In this document: piece after piece, positions 48,945 to 58,840 of the stretch | How the letters are laid out: each line of letters starts with the position of its first letter | Numbering within the stretch: the stretch's first letter is position 1 | NCBI GenBank assembly: GCA_965261635.1 | Contig: OZ253463.1 | Span: 931,448-995,447, forward strand | DNA from: Chloroflexota bacterium | GTDB lineage: Bacteria > Chloroflexota > UBA11872 > VXOZ01 | DNA: 64,000 nucleotides | Direction of reading: 5' to 3' | The notes under the pieces: generated by a model | Told to the model about the DNA's origin: nothing | What the model saw: only the letters and a program-made list of their open reading frames with translations | The model's database searches: none | Program-made: the position numbers and the translations under genes

Positions 48945-49693
48945 TGAGATGCTCCTTCTATTGCGGTATTGGATTTGTCGTTTCGTCCTTCTCAGTATGA
49001 CTCTCCGGGTGCACGTGGGTCAATGGTGCGGCTGAGATGGAGACTTATGTCATTGCGAGCGAACGCGAGAATTCTCAAGCGGTTACGAGGGCATTAGCGC
49101 CGCCGTCCTTCTAGGAGTGATAGTAGGACGAATTGAAAGATGGCAAATTGTGTGCATGGGTGCACGCTGCCCTGCAGTGCGACTCTGTCTGGTGCTTCAG
49201 GGAAGAGATCTTCGGCTTGCGTGGGCAATGACGTACGTTGTGGTCTCGGTAGAGTGGCGAACCTAGAATAGCGGACTAGATTTCGGCTTGCGCCGGAGTG
49301 ACGGGCGATTCTGGTTATCTAGTCGTCTCTCCCGTGAAAACGGGAGTCTATTAGGATCGGGAGGAGCGAGACACCCGTTTGCGTGGGAATGACGATAGTA
49401 GTGCCCATTGGGTTTGTTTTCGTTTGTGCGCAAATGACGGTTAACTATCTCTTGGAGAGGGATTCTTGCCGGTATAGTATTGACACACATCTAGTCAACT
49501 GGTTTTTGGTGCGCCTGTGGCAGTGACAATCCAATCAACGAGGCGCAATTCAGGGCCAAAGGCTTGCGTGGGCTACCTCGGCTTGGTACCCTGTCCTTGG
49601 CTACTGTGGGGTTGGTGTTGCGATCCTGAAGCTAGGCTGCTTCGGTCCACAGCAATGCGCTGCCGGTAACTTCAGGGAGGACGAAGAGTAGTC

Positions 49694-50944
49694 ATGAGCC
49701 AAGCGAAGTATGATTCGCGGGAAAGTTCTGTGCCTGTCGACGGCCAGGTGCGCGTAAGCGTGCGTGGTTTGTGGAAGGTATTCGGCCCGGCCGACGGCCC
49801 TGACGTGGGGGAAACGCTCGAGGGCAAGACCAAAGACGAGGTGCAGGACGAGTTGGACTCGGTGCTGGCGTTGCACGACGTGAGCTTCGACGTCCATCAG
49901 GGCGAGACCTTCGTGGTGATGGGCCTATCAGGCAGCGGCAAGTCTACGCTGGTGCGTTGTTTGAATCGCCTCATCGAACCGACGACCGGCCAGGTCATCG
50001 TGGATGGGGAGGATATTCTCAGCTATACCGAGGAGCAGCTAAACCAGGCCCGGCGTCAAAAAACCGGGATGGTATTCCAGTATTTCGGACTGTTGCCCCA
50101 CCGCACGGTGATCGACAATGTCGCCTGGGGCTTGGAAGTGCAAGGAGTGCCCCGGGAGGATCGGCGTGCGCGAGCGGCCGAACTGCTGGGGATTGTCGGT
50201 CTGGACGGCTGGGAGGAATACCGACCGGTGGCCCTCAGCGGCGGGATGCAGCAACGTGTCGGTCTGGCGCGTGCACTGGCGTGCGATCCCGAAATCCTGC
50301 TGATGGATGAGCCCTTCAGTGCCCTTGACCCGCTTATTCGGCGGGACATGCAGGATGAACTCATCCGCCTGCAGCAGCAGATGAACAAGACCATCATCTT
50401 CGTCACCCACGATCTCACCGAGGCAACAAAGCTGGGCAGCCGCATTGCTATCATGCGCGACGGCGCCATAGTCCAGGTCGGCACGCCTGAGGAGATCTTG
50501 GCAAGTCCGGCGGACGACTACGTGGCTGACTTCATCCGCGACGTTCGCACGTGTTCTATTGTTACCGTCGGTTATATGATGGAGCCCTGCGCTATCCAGT
50601 TGTGCGCGGGGATTTCTCCGCAAGAGGCGCTTGCCGCGCTGGAGGCGGACGGCGCCGAAGCGGTGTATGTGGTCTTGGCGGATGGCGTATTTGGGGGCGA
50701 AATCTCCCGCGCGGAGGCACAGCACGCTGCCGCACGCGGCGATGCCACCATCGAGGGCGTTCTGTCCCGCCGGTGCGAGCCGGTGCGTGCGCACCAGTCA
50801 ATCGAGGATGCGCTTGCGAACGCCTGGTCTTTCGCGGGTAGTATTCCCGTAGTTGACGAAGCGGGGCGATTAGTAGGGGTCGTGGAACGCGATGCCCTTG
50901 CCCATGCAGTGTTTTCAGAAGAACGCGTGGAGGCCGGCGTGTAG
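49694..50944 (+). CDS. proV: Glycine betaine/proline ABC transporter ATPase with tandem CBS domains
   Basis: Walker A GLSGSGKST, signature LSGGMQQR, Walker B LLMDEPFSALD, plus a C-terminal CBS pair. Confidence 0.9.
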   Translation: MSQAKYDSRESSVPVDGQVRVSVRGLWKVFGPADGPDVGETLEGKTKDEVQDELDSVLALHDVSFDVHQGETFVVMGLSGSGKSTLVRCLNRLIEPTTGQVIVDGEDILSYTEEQLNQARRQKTGMVFQYFGLLPHRTVIDNVAWGLEVQGVPREDRRARAAELLGIVGLDGWEEYRPVALSGGMQQRVGLARALACDPEILLMDEPFSALDPLIRRDMQDELIRLQQQMNKTIIFVTHDLTEATKLGSRIAIMRDGAIVQVGTPEEILASPADDYVADFIRDVRTCSIVTVGYMMEPCAIQLCAGISPQEALAALEADGAEAVYVVLADGVFGGEISRAEAQHAAARGDATIEGVLSRRCEPVRAHQSIEDALANAWSFAGSIPVVDEAGRLVGVVERDALAHAVFSEERVEAGV

Positions 50945-50956
50945 CCGGAGCATGCA

Positions 50957-51958
50957 ATGGCAGTAATGACGCGCCTAAAAGAAACAACCGAGGGCATTCG
51001 GGAAGCGACTCGCAATGGTGCGTCAGCGCCCTCCAGGGCCGCAATCATCCTTGGCGGCTTTCTTGCCTTCTTCGTCGTGATGGTTGTGGTGTGGGGGCCC
51101 AGGACCGAGTTTCCCCTCGACTGGAGCCGCGGCATTAGCCGTCAGATCAATGAAGGGGTAGAAACCATCACCGTCTCTTGGGGGCCGGTGCTCGACCTTA
51201 TTTCTGACGCAGTGCTGCGGTTCTTGCTTAAGATCGAAACGGCATTTCTCTGGACGCCCTGGCCGGTGGTCATCGTAGGTGCGGCCATCATCACCTGGGC
51301 CACGGTTGGCTGGAAGTTTTCCGTTTTCGCGGTGCTTGCTCTGCTTACAACCGGAGTATTCGGCCTTTGGGAGAGCGCGATGGAGACGATGGCGCTCATC
51401 GTCGTCTCGGTCTTTCTCTCCATATTGGTGGGAATACCAATCGGGGTGCTCGCCGCGCGCAGCAATGCGTTCGATGCGGTCCTGAAGCCGCTGCTCGACG
51501 GAATGCAGACGATGCCGTCGTTTGTGTACTTGGTGCCAGTGGTCATGTTCTTCGGCATCGGCAACGTTCCCGCCGTTTTTGCCACAATCATCTATGCTGC
51601 GCCGCCGACTATCCGGTTCACCAATTTGGGAATCCGGGAGGTCAGCCCGCAGGTAGTCGAGGCGGCACGCTCGTTTGGCACGACACCCCGCCAGTTGCTA
51701 TTCAAGGTTCAGGTGCCGATGGCGCTACCGACGATCATGGCCGGCATCAATCAGACGACAATGATGGCGCTGGCGATGATGGTCATTGCTTCGCTCGTCG
51801 GCGCTGGCGGCTTGGGTGAAGACGTACAGCGGGCGCTCTCGCGTGCGCAGCCGGGACAGGCGCTGCTAGGCGGGCTGGGGATTGTCTTCTTGGCAATCAT
51901 TATTGACCGCATAACGCAAGCCTGGGCCAAGATCCGACAAGAAGCGCTAAAGATGTAG
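50957..51958 (+). CDS. proW: Glycine betaine/proline ABC transporter permease
   Basis: BPD_transp_1 EAA-type loop (VVEAARSFGTTPRQLLFKVQVP), about 6 TM. Confidence 0.9.
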   Translation: MAVMTRLKETTEGIREATRNGASAPSRAAIILGGFLAFFVVMVVVWGPRTEFPLDWSRGISRQINEGVETITVSWGPVLDLISDAVLRFLLKIETAFLWTPWPVVIVGAAIITWATVGWKFSVFAVLALLTTGVFGLWESAMETMALIVVSVFLSILVGIPIGVLAARSNAFDAVLKPLLDGMQTMPSFVYLVPVVMFFGIGNVPAVFATIIYAAPPTIRFTNLGIREVSPQVVEAARSFGTTPRQLLFKVQVPMALPTIMAGINQTTMMALAMMVIASLVGAGGLGEDVQRALSRAQPGQALLGGLGIVFLAIIIDRITQAWAKIRQEALKM

Positions 51959-52053
51959 GAGGTCTTGGGAAAGGATGCGGTAGACTGCAGACTGAGACTC
52001 GCGGCATCGTAGTGTTTAAGCTTTACATACATTAGTGGGAGGTTCCCGAAGTT

Positions 52054-53115
52054 ATGAAGATTCGTACTTGGAAGATACTAGGTGGCATGTTGGCGATTAT
52101 GTTCGCCTTCATGCTTACGCTTACCGCGTGCGGCACGCCACAGATGACGCCTGCCGAAGGGGAAGCGGCACAGATGGAGGAAAAGTCTGAAGACGCGGAG
52201 ATGATGGAGAAGCCGACGATCGTCTTTGCCGACCTGAGTTGGGATAGCGCGCAGATTCAGAACGCGGTAGCGCGGTATATCCTTGAGAATGGATACGGCT
52301 ACGAGACCGACGCGGTCTTTGGCGACACCCTACCCTTGTTGGTCGCTCTCCGCGCCGGTGACGTCAACGTCAACATGGAAATCTGGCTGCCAAATCAGGA
52401 AGAGCCCTTCTTGCTGGCGTTAACAGAAGGCTCAGTTGAAGTCGTGGGCAAGAGCCTGGAGGATAACTGGCAGTCGGCATTCATCATTCCGCAGTATACA
52501 GCGGACGAGAATCCGAACTTGCGGAAGGTGGAAGACCTTAGGGACCACATGGAACTATTCGTGACGCCGGAATCGAATGGCAAAGCGCGTCTCATTAACT
52601 GCCCTCCCGGCTGGGCGTGCGAGGGAGTGAATACAAATAAGGTAGAATCCTACGGCCTTTCGGACGTGGTTGAATTGGTCAATCCTGGCTCGGGTTCGGC
52701 TCTGCAAGCCGAGGTTCACGCGTCTTTCCTCAAGAAAGAGCCGGTGCTCTTCTACTATTGGGGTCCGACGACGTTTTCCTTCCAGATGGAAACCGAACTC
52801 GGCGGCTACTACATTCTCGAAGAACCAGAGTACAACGAGGAATGCTGGGCCAATAACAACGCTTGCGCATACCCCTTGGCTGAAGTTGTCATCGCCGTCC
52901 ACACGGATATCAAAGAGGGCGCTCCCGATGTAATCGAAATGCTCGGGAAGTGGGACTGGAACTTCACCAATCAGCGCTCAGCCGAGACATACTTCGCGGA
53001 GACCGGTGCTGAGTACGCCGAAGTCGCCGTGTGGTGGCTGCAGAACAACGATGCGTGGCGCGAGTGGGTAACACCCGAAGCCGCGGAGAAGATCGCTGCT
53101 GCCCTCGCCGAGTAG
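52054..53115 (+). CDS. proX: Glycine betaine-type ABC substrate-binding lipoprotein
   Basis: Lipobox LTLTACG. OpuAC-like content (W-rich aromatic box residues: DLSWDSA.., ..YYWGP..). Confidence 0.8.
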   Translation: MKIRTWKILGGMLAIMFAFMLTLTACGTPQMTPAEGEAAQMEEKSEDAEMMEKPTIVFADLSWDSAQIQNAVARYILENGYGYETDAVFGDTLPLLVALRAGDVNVNMEIWLPNQEEPFLLALTEGSVEVVGKSLEDNWQSAFIIPQYTADENPNLRKVEDLRDHMELFVTPESNGKARLINCPPGWACEGVNTNKVESYGLSDVVELVNPGSGSALQAEVHASFLKKEPVLFYYWGPTTFSFQMETELGGYYILEEPEYNEECWANNNACAYPLAEVVIAVHTDIKEGAPDVIEMLGKWDWNFTNQRSAETYFAETGAEYAEVAVWWLQNNDAWREWVTPEAAEKIAAALAE

Positions 53116-53205
53116 AGTAATGCCCGAGGTAAGTGTCACCGCTCCGCGTGAAAGTGGTTCGCCTCAAGATCGTGGAATGGGAACATCGGCCTAAAGCGAT
53201 AGACA

Positions 53206-53236
53206 AGAGGGGCGCACAAACGTGCGCCCCTCTTTG
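53206..53236. terminator. Bidirectional rho-independent terminator between proX and the sulfatase gene
   Basis: agaggggcgcac-aaac-gtgcgcccctct (perfect 12-bp stem) followed by ttgattc. Confidence 0.75.
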
Positions 53237-53325
53237 ATTCTCGTCTTGTCACGGAAATTGGCGCGTCTAAGGCGGCCCTTTTGATTGACAGCGTGAAGAA
53301 CTATTGGCCGTGACGCGCCACTCTT

Positions 53326-54735
53326 CTACCAGCGGCGCACCGGCTTTTCGCTATTGAGCAAGTGCTGGAGCAGCAAGTCTTCGTGCTGGCGGACGAGATC
53401 GCGGGCACCGGGGTCACGGGCCAAGTTCCGCATTTCGAGTGGGTCCTCTTCCATGTCGTAGAGCTCTTGGCCGTCCTCGGTGTTCCAGAAGGCGTACTTA
53501 TAGCGGTTCGTGGTGACTGACTTGCCGCGAATGACTTGGTTGTTGTCTTCGTACTCGCAGAGCGCAATGCCCGGGGCATCCGCAGTGCCTTCCACCACGG
53601 GCTTGAGGCTGGTAGCCTGCATCTCCTTTGGAATCTCTACGCCCGCATAGTCCAGGATGGTGGAGGCGACTTGGAACGTCTCGATGACGCCGTCTACGTG
53701 CGGCACCCGCGGCATGTTGCTGGGCGGCGCGACGATGAACGGTACACGTGTGGAACCCTCCCAAAACGTCCCCTTCCCGCCCCGGGACCAATCGCCCATG
53801 TGGTCGCCGTGGTCGCTGGTGAAGATGATGAGGGTGTTATCCGCCTTGCCGCTCTCCTCAAGAGTCTGAAAAAGACGCTCCATCATGTCGTCGATATAGG
53901 TGCAGAGACCCCAATAGTACGCCGTTACGCGTCGGATCAGGCTGTCGTCCGGCTCTTTGGCAAAGCGACCGCCCTTGTTCTGCAGATGCTTGGGCTTGTC
54001 ACTGTCGTCCGCGAGATACGTCGGTGAGATGTCCACGTACTCTGACGGATACATGCTGTCATACGGCATTGGCGGGTCGAAGGGGCCGTGGGGCCCGCAA
54101 ATCCCGCACCACGCGAAGAAGGGTTGATCGTGGTCGCGAGCCACAAACTCCCGCGTATTCTCAGTGATCCAGGTATCAATGTACTCTTCCAGCGGTAGCA
54201 CGTTGGTGATGGCGGTCATGTACTTGCGGTATTCGGGCTCGCGGCGCTGTTCGTAGATGAGTTCGTAGCCGCCGGGATGCACGGAATCCAGCCAACGCGC
54301 ATACACGGGGCCTAATGGGCCGGGGCCAAGCGGCGAGCCATACGATTGCATCCAACGTGAACCCTTGCCGCCGGTAAGTTGGGTCTCGTTGAAGCCCTTT
54401 GGCGGCATCATGTGAATTTTGCCGAAAGCGGCGGTTACGTAGCCCGCGTCCTGCAGATGCTCCATGAAGGTTGGTTCCCAGGGCGGGAGTCCGGGCGTGC
54501 TATCTACGGCCGCCTCCATGTAGGAAACGCCGTGCTGATGGGTGTAGCGCCCGGTCTGGAGGCAGGCGCGCGCCGGAATACAGACCGGATTCTGGTTGTA
54601 GGCTTTGGCAAAGAGGGTTCCCTTGGCTGCAAGAGCGTCCAGAGTGGGTGTCTTGACCTTCCGGTTGCCGTAGCAGCCAAGCGTGTCCCACCGCTGTTCG
54701 TCGGTTGTAATCAGAATGATGTTCGGACGATCCAT
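53326..54735 (-). CDS. Formylglycine-dependent sulfatase
   Basis: NIILITTDEQR, FGly motif CIPARACLQTGRY (CxPxR), FTSDHGD. ATG 54735 (MDRPN) preferred over track start 54852. Confidence 0.88.
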   Translation of the reverse strand: MDRPNIILITTDEQRWDTLGCYGNRKVKTPTLDALAAKGTLFAKAYNQNPVCIPARACLQTGRYTHQHGVSYMEAAVDSTPGLPPWEPTFMEHLQDAGYVTAAFGKIHMMPPKGFNETQLTGGKGSRWMQSYGSPLGPGPLGPVYARWLDSVHPGGYELIYEQRREPEYRKYMTAITNVLPLEEYIDTWITENTREFVARDHDQPFFAWCGICGPHGPFDPPMPYDSMYPSEYVDISPTYLADDSDKPKHLQNKGGRFAKEPDDSLIRRVTAYYWGLCTYIDDMMERLFQTLEESGKADNTLIIFTSDHGDHMGDWSRGGKGTFWEGSTRVPFIVAPPSNMPRVPHVDGVIETFQVASTILDYAGVEIPKEMQATSLKPVVEGTADAPGIALCEYEDNNQVIRGKSVTTNRYKYAFWNTEDGQELYDMEEDPLEMRNLARDPGARDLVRQHEDLLLQHLLNSEKPVRRW

Positions 54736-54908
54736 GTGCTTCTGCTCCCTGCTGTTTTTACCTATCGCCGGTGCCTGCCATGTAAATCCTGTGGTGGTCT
54801 CCGGAGACCGTCGACGTGCCCGAAAGCCCGTCTGCCTATTGTAGCATTGCAATGAAAGCTGGCGGGCACACAGCTTTCGTTAGCTTCCCACTGAACGCAA
54901 TGCAGGAC

Positions 54909-55757
54909 CTATAAACCCGCCTCTTGTGCAAGCTTTTTCGTGTATTGCAGGTCCTGCTTTACCTGGGCGAGCAACTCGGTCTGGCCCATGTCCTTGAAAC
55001 TGTTGGCCCCTCGATACTCAGCTTGAAATGAGGCGTAACCAGCGTACCCGATTTGCTTCAGGTACCCGAAGGCTTCGGGAAACGGCACGAACCCCCGGTC
55101 AAACGGCACGACCTTGGTCTGCCAGCGCGCGGCGCCAGTATCCGGGTCTTCTATGCGAAACTGGGCGACGTTTTCGAGGGCAAGCATTGCGATCCGGTCC
55201 GCAAGCAGGTCTAGGCCGTGGATCCAGCCGCCGAAACTACCTTCGATGCCCATGTGCCCGAGATCGGGATAGTAGCAGAGGGCGGTGGGATCGAAGTCTT
55301 CCAGGAGCAGCGAGACCACGTGGGTGGTGGCGGAGAGTGTCGGCCCATAGTGCGCATGGACACCGGCCTGCATGCCGTACTTGTGGCAGAGTCGCTCGAT
55401 GCCGTGCAACTTTTCGCGTACCTCGTCGATCTGGCGGCGCATAGCGCCAAAACCGGCGTAGCGGTAATAACCCAGCTTGAACTGTTTGATGCCCAGGTTG
55501 GAGGCGGTAGCAATGATCTCTTCAGCGTGGGGCGAATCCGCGCTCTCGATGGCCGTTGTCAACCAACCGATTTCCAAACCACGGCTGCGTATGGCCTGCG
55601 ACGCCTTGGGCAGATCGGTCTTCACGCGCTCCGGCAAGACATGACCGGGCGAACGCACCGTGAGGTCGACGCCATCCATGCCCAGGTCGGCGACAGTGTC
55701 GGCAAGCTCGGGGTAGGAGAGGTTTTCTAGGGGCTTTGAGAGCATCAGGTACTTCAT
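54909..55757 (-). CDS. Sugar phosphate isomerase/epimerase (TIM barrel, AP_endonuc_2 family)
   Basis: Family-typical length and motifs (GVHAH, YPDLGH, ALEN). Confidence 0.75.
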   Translation of the reverse strand: MKYLMLSKPLENLSYPELADTVADLGMDGVDLTVRSPGHVLPERVKTDLPKASQAIRSRGLEIGWLTTAIESADSPHAEEIIATASNLGIKQFKLGYYRYAGFGAMRRQIDEVREKLHGIERLCHKYGMQAGVHAHYGPTLSATTHVVSLLLEDFDPTALCYYPDLGHMGIEGSFGGWIHGLDLLADRIAMLALENVAQFRIEDPDTGAARWQTKVVPFDRGFVPFPEAFGYLKQIGYAGYASFQAEYRGANSFKDMGQTELLAQVKQDLQYTKKLAQEAGL

Positions 55758-55851
55758 AGTTTTTTCCTAATTGGGTCAGAGGCTTGACACGCATGGAGTT
55801 GAGTGTTTTGAAATGCGTGCCACAAATTCGCTGAGGGGCAATACGCTATCC

Positions 55852-55931
55852 GTCATTCCCGCTTTCGCGGGAATCTATCTTATATGCAACAGCAGGCTCC
55901 GTCCAAAGCGGGGGGCAAGCCCCCGCGCTAC
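55852..55931. repeat. Adjacent REP family A (55852-55875) and family B (55903-55931) hairpins
   Basis: gtcaTTCCCGCtttcGCGGGAAtc and ccaaagcggggggcaagcccccgcgctac. Further degenerate gtcatcctgac / aaatgac remnants occur up to ~56045. Confidence 0.7.
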
Positions 55932-56135
55932 GTTCCTTGACCTGAATGTCATCCTGACCTGCCCAAGAAACCTGCAATGCCTTCGACCAAGCGATGTGTT
56001 TCTATGCAAGGGTTCTAGATTCCTCACTTCGTTCGAAATGACAGAAGAGCACTTGCACTTTTAAGGAATTCGAGAGTGTATCATTGGCTGCTGAGCAGGC
56101 AAAGACGCGAGATAGTATCCTAACCACCGATACAA

Positions 56136-56960
56136 TCACTGTCGTGTGCTGAGCAGCCGTTGCATGGTGCCGCCGAGAATCTGCTTCTTCTCGTCGTCGG
56201 TAATGGGAGCCAGGAGGATGCGCCCAATCTGGTGCGTGGGACACATCCAGGGGAAGTCGTCTCCGAAAAGAATGCGACCAGCCCCTACTGTATTCACCAA
56301 CTGAGCAAACGCGCCATATGGCGCAACTGAGCCGGCCGTGTCCAAATAGACGTTCGGTTCTTCTAACGCGACTTGGTTGATGGCATCTCCTCGCGTGCGT
56401 CTGCCTCCCGCACCGGCGTGCGCCACGATGAAGTGGGCGTTGGGATACGCGCGCGCGGTGCGGCGCAGCACGTCAGGTGAGTCCACGCCGTGGCTGATTA
56501 GCGGGAGGCGGTGCTTGTCTGCCAGCTCAAAGGCCGGGACATACGCCGGCCCGGCAAAAGGATACTCATGTATCCCGGTATGAAACTTAATGCCGCGCAC
56601 ACCGGCGTCGACGCAGCGCTGCATTTCGTCGCGCACCTGGCGGGCAAGGTTAGGGTCGGGAACGGCATAGGCCAGCAGACGGCCAGGGTGCCGCTGTGCC
56701 GCTTCCAGGTTCTTGTCGTTGCCGGTGCGCATGTCGGCCGTAATCGCCAGGCTTGAAAAAACGCATGACTGATCGATACCCACACGGTCCATGGTCCGCA
56801 CAAGGGAATCTGCATCCGGTGCGGGCTGGGCGAATCCGTAGTACAAACCAAGGTGACTGTGGTTGTTCACTATGAACGTGTCGGTGAGCGGTACGCCGCG
56901 CAGGGCGGCCTCGCGCAGTGTCATGTTTGTACTCTCGGTTGCTGAAGCTACCTGTGCCAT
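56136..56960 (-). CDS. Amidohydrolase_2 family metal-dependent hydrolase
   Basis: NNHSH N-terminal metal motif, GIKFH, ISHG, FGDDFPW. Confidence 0.75.
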   Translation of the reverse strand: MAQVASATESTNMTLREAALRGVPLTDTFIVNNHSHLGLYYGFAQPAPDADSLVRTMDRVGIDQSCVFSSLAITADMRTGNDKNLEAAQRHPGRLLAYAVPDPNLARQVRDEMQRCVDAGVRGIKFHTGIHEYPFAGPAYVPAFELADKHRLPLISHGVDSPDVLRRTARAYPNAHFIVAHAGAGGRRTRGDAINQVALEEPNVYLDTAGSVAPYGAFAQLVNTVGAGRILFGDDFPWMCPTHQIGRILLAPITDDEKKQILGGTMQRLLSTRQ

Positions 56961-57019
56961 GTCATCACGCCTTTCTATATCATTAAGCTAGGAATCGGAG
57001 TGTGTCTCGTTGGACGCGG

Positions 57020-57802
57020 TCAGACGATGCAGTTGTCAATTAAGCGTTGCAGGCTGCCAGCGGCAACGGTATCGCGCTCCTCGACAGAGAAGCTGGCGTA
57101 CGTGAGCCCGGTGATGGCCATGCCCGGGTCCCACACCGGTACGCCGGTGCCAAAGACTAGACGTTCCGCACCCCAGCGACCGGCAATGAGGGCAATGGCA
57201 TCGTGACCCTGCATATAGGAGGTCTCCAGATATAAGTTGGGATAGCGCTCCATAAGCGTAAAGAGCGTGCGAAAGTTCGACGGCGGCTCACGCAAGAGAA
57301 CGAGGGGCAGCGTGGGATACGTGCGGCACGCCCACTCGATGAAAGCCCATGGACGCGGCTCGCTCCAATGGCGGATGTTTGAATCAAGGAACAGCGGCAC
57401 CCGACGTTCGGCCAAGGCTTCGAGCAGTGTATCCACTTCCCAGGGCTCCAGCGTAAGCCGGTTGATGCCCGTGCAGAGTCGTGCCGCCCGCGCGCCGGAA
57501 TCCAGCAACTGGGCGACCTGCTCGCGTTCCGGCGGCATCTCTCCGGCGACGGACGGCATGACGACCCAGCACGGCGCGAGCCGGTCTACACCCTTGGTTT
57601 CTTCGATCACGAGCCGGTTGCCTATGGCGGGATGCTGCCACTTGGCGAGGCCGTGGGTGACGAGCGCGCGGCTGATGCCGTTTTCGTCCATCACGGCCAG
57701 CAACCGAGGGACGTCATCGGGGGTGTCGTCGTGGCGGAGGGGTATGGGCCCCAGAAATACGTTGGAGTCGAAGAGGTGCGGGAGAGCGGCGTTCGGATCC
57801 AT
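57020..57802 (-). CDS. Amidohydrolase_2 family protein (paralogous type)
   Basis: TIM-barrel hydrolase pattern (LVFGTGVPVWDP at C-terminus). N-terminal HxH is not obvious (DSNV). Confidence 0.65.
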   Translation of the reverse strand: MDPNAALPHLFDSNVFLGPIPLRHDDTPDDVPRLLAVMDENGISRALVTHGLAKWQHPAIGNRLVIEETKGVDRLAPCWVVMPSVAGEMPPEREQVAQLLDSGARAARLCTGINRLTLEPWEVDTLLEALAERRVPLFLDSNIRHWSEPRPWAFIEWACRTYPTLPLVLLREPPSNFRTLFTLMERYPNLYLETSYMQGHDAIALIAGRWGAERLVFGTGVPVWDPGMAITGLTYASFSVEERDTVAAGSLQRLIDNCIV

Positions 57803-58287
57803 TGTGCTCCTCCATGTGTGCTAAGTTTGTATTGACCTGATTATACAGTAGAGAAGATGAGGGATACGCTAGTTGCTTTAGGTGTCCCGCTGGTGCACGG
57901 TGCCAAGTCGTCGGGGGGGGGGAGTGAACGGTTGAAGAAGGGTTGGTACTCGTGTAGATACGTAGCGCGGGAGCGTATTCGCCAACCTTTGCCCCAGCAA
58001 CCATACTGACCGGGGCAGGGTATGCGCTCCGTGGGACTATGAGGACTGTACACGGTACTATCTTCGAGTTGAAGGTTGCCGCTAAGCCCGGGGATCACGC
58101 TCTCTCACGTATCGACGGTCGCTTAGGGTCACCACCAGCACAAGATGGTGCTATTCTGGCGCAGAGCATATGAGCAATGAGTGCATCAGGTGACGGACGT
58201 GAACCATCGTCTTGGATTGGAGGGAGCTATATAGCCTACTACGCCATATCCGGGGTACTATATACTTGAGGTACTTTGGACTAGACG

Positions 58288-58731
58288 GTGTACGTTGGGA
58301 TCGAGGGATTTTTGAGGTTTGTTGACGCCACAACCGCGCTAATAGGGACAGCCCATGTCTTGTCCTGGGTTGCTGGTGCCTGGTTTGCGTTGGGGCCGGT
58401 GTATCAGAGTGTGTCAATGGCTGCGACAATCCCTGGTGAGCCTGCCGGAGAGGTTAGTCGGTCTACTGCTACGCTCCTAGAAGTGAATGGACTGCATGGA
58501 GCTTTGATGCTGCTTGTGCCCGTTATACTGACCGGGATCGCATTGTTGACCATTCAACTCACTAACAAGAGTCAGGCAAGTCGCGCAGTGCTTCTTTGGG
58601 GTCCCGTTGTTCTACTTCTGGGGTTCTGTTTTGTAGCGATACTCTCCATCGGACTGTTTTACCTGCCAGCCGCGCTTGTGCTCCTTGTTGCAGCTTTGAC
58701 CGATTTCAATCGCCAGGAAGCCAATGTGTAG
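58288..58731 (+). CDS. Hypothetical 4-TM membrane protein
   Basis: Hydrophobic profile. GTG start from the ORF track. Confidence 0.5.
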   Translation: MYVGIEGFLRFVDATTALIGTAHVLSWVAGAWFALGPVYQSVSMAATIPGEPAGEVSRSTATLLEVNGLHGALMLLVPVILTGIALLTIQLTNKSQASRAVLLWGPVVLLLGFCFVAILSIGLFYLPAALVLLVAALTDFNRQEANV

Positions 58732-58840
58732 GCAGGACTAATGACCGAAAGAAGCGAGGTTCACGATTGTAGCAGTCCATGACCGTCTGCAATATTTCCA
58801 GGTAGGGGTAGCGCGCACGTGTATTACGCCTAAGGTAGGC

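Noticed and set aside
48735-48947. Plus-strand 70-aa ORF from the track.
   Set aside because: It is the antisense shadow of the SelW-like gene, which has an RBS, an ATG and family motifs on the minus strand.
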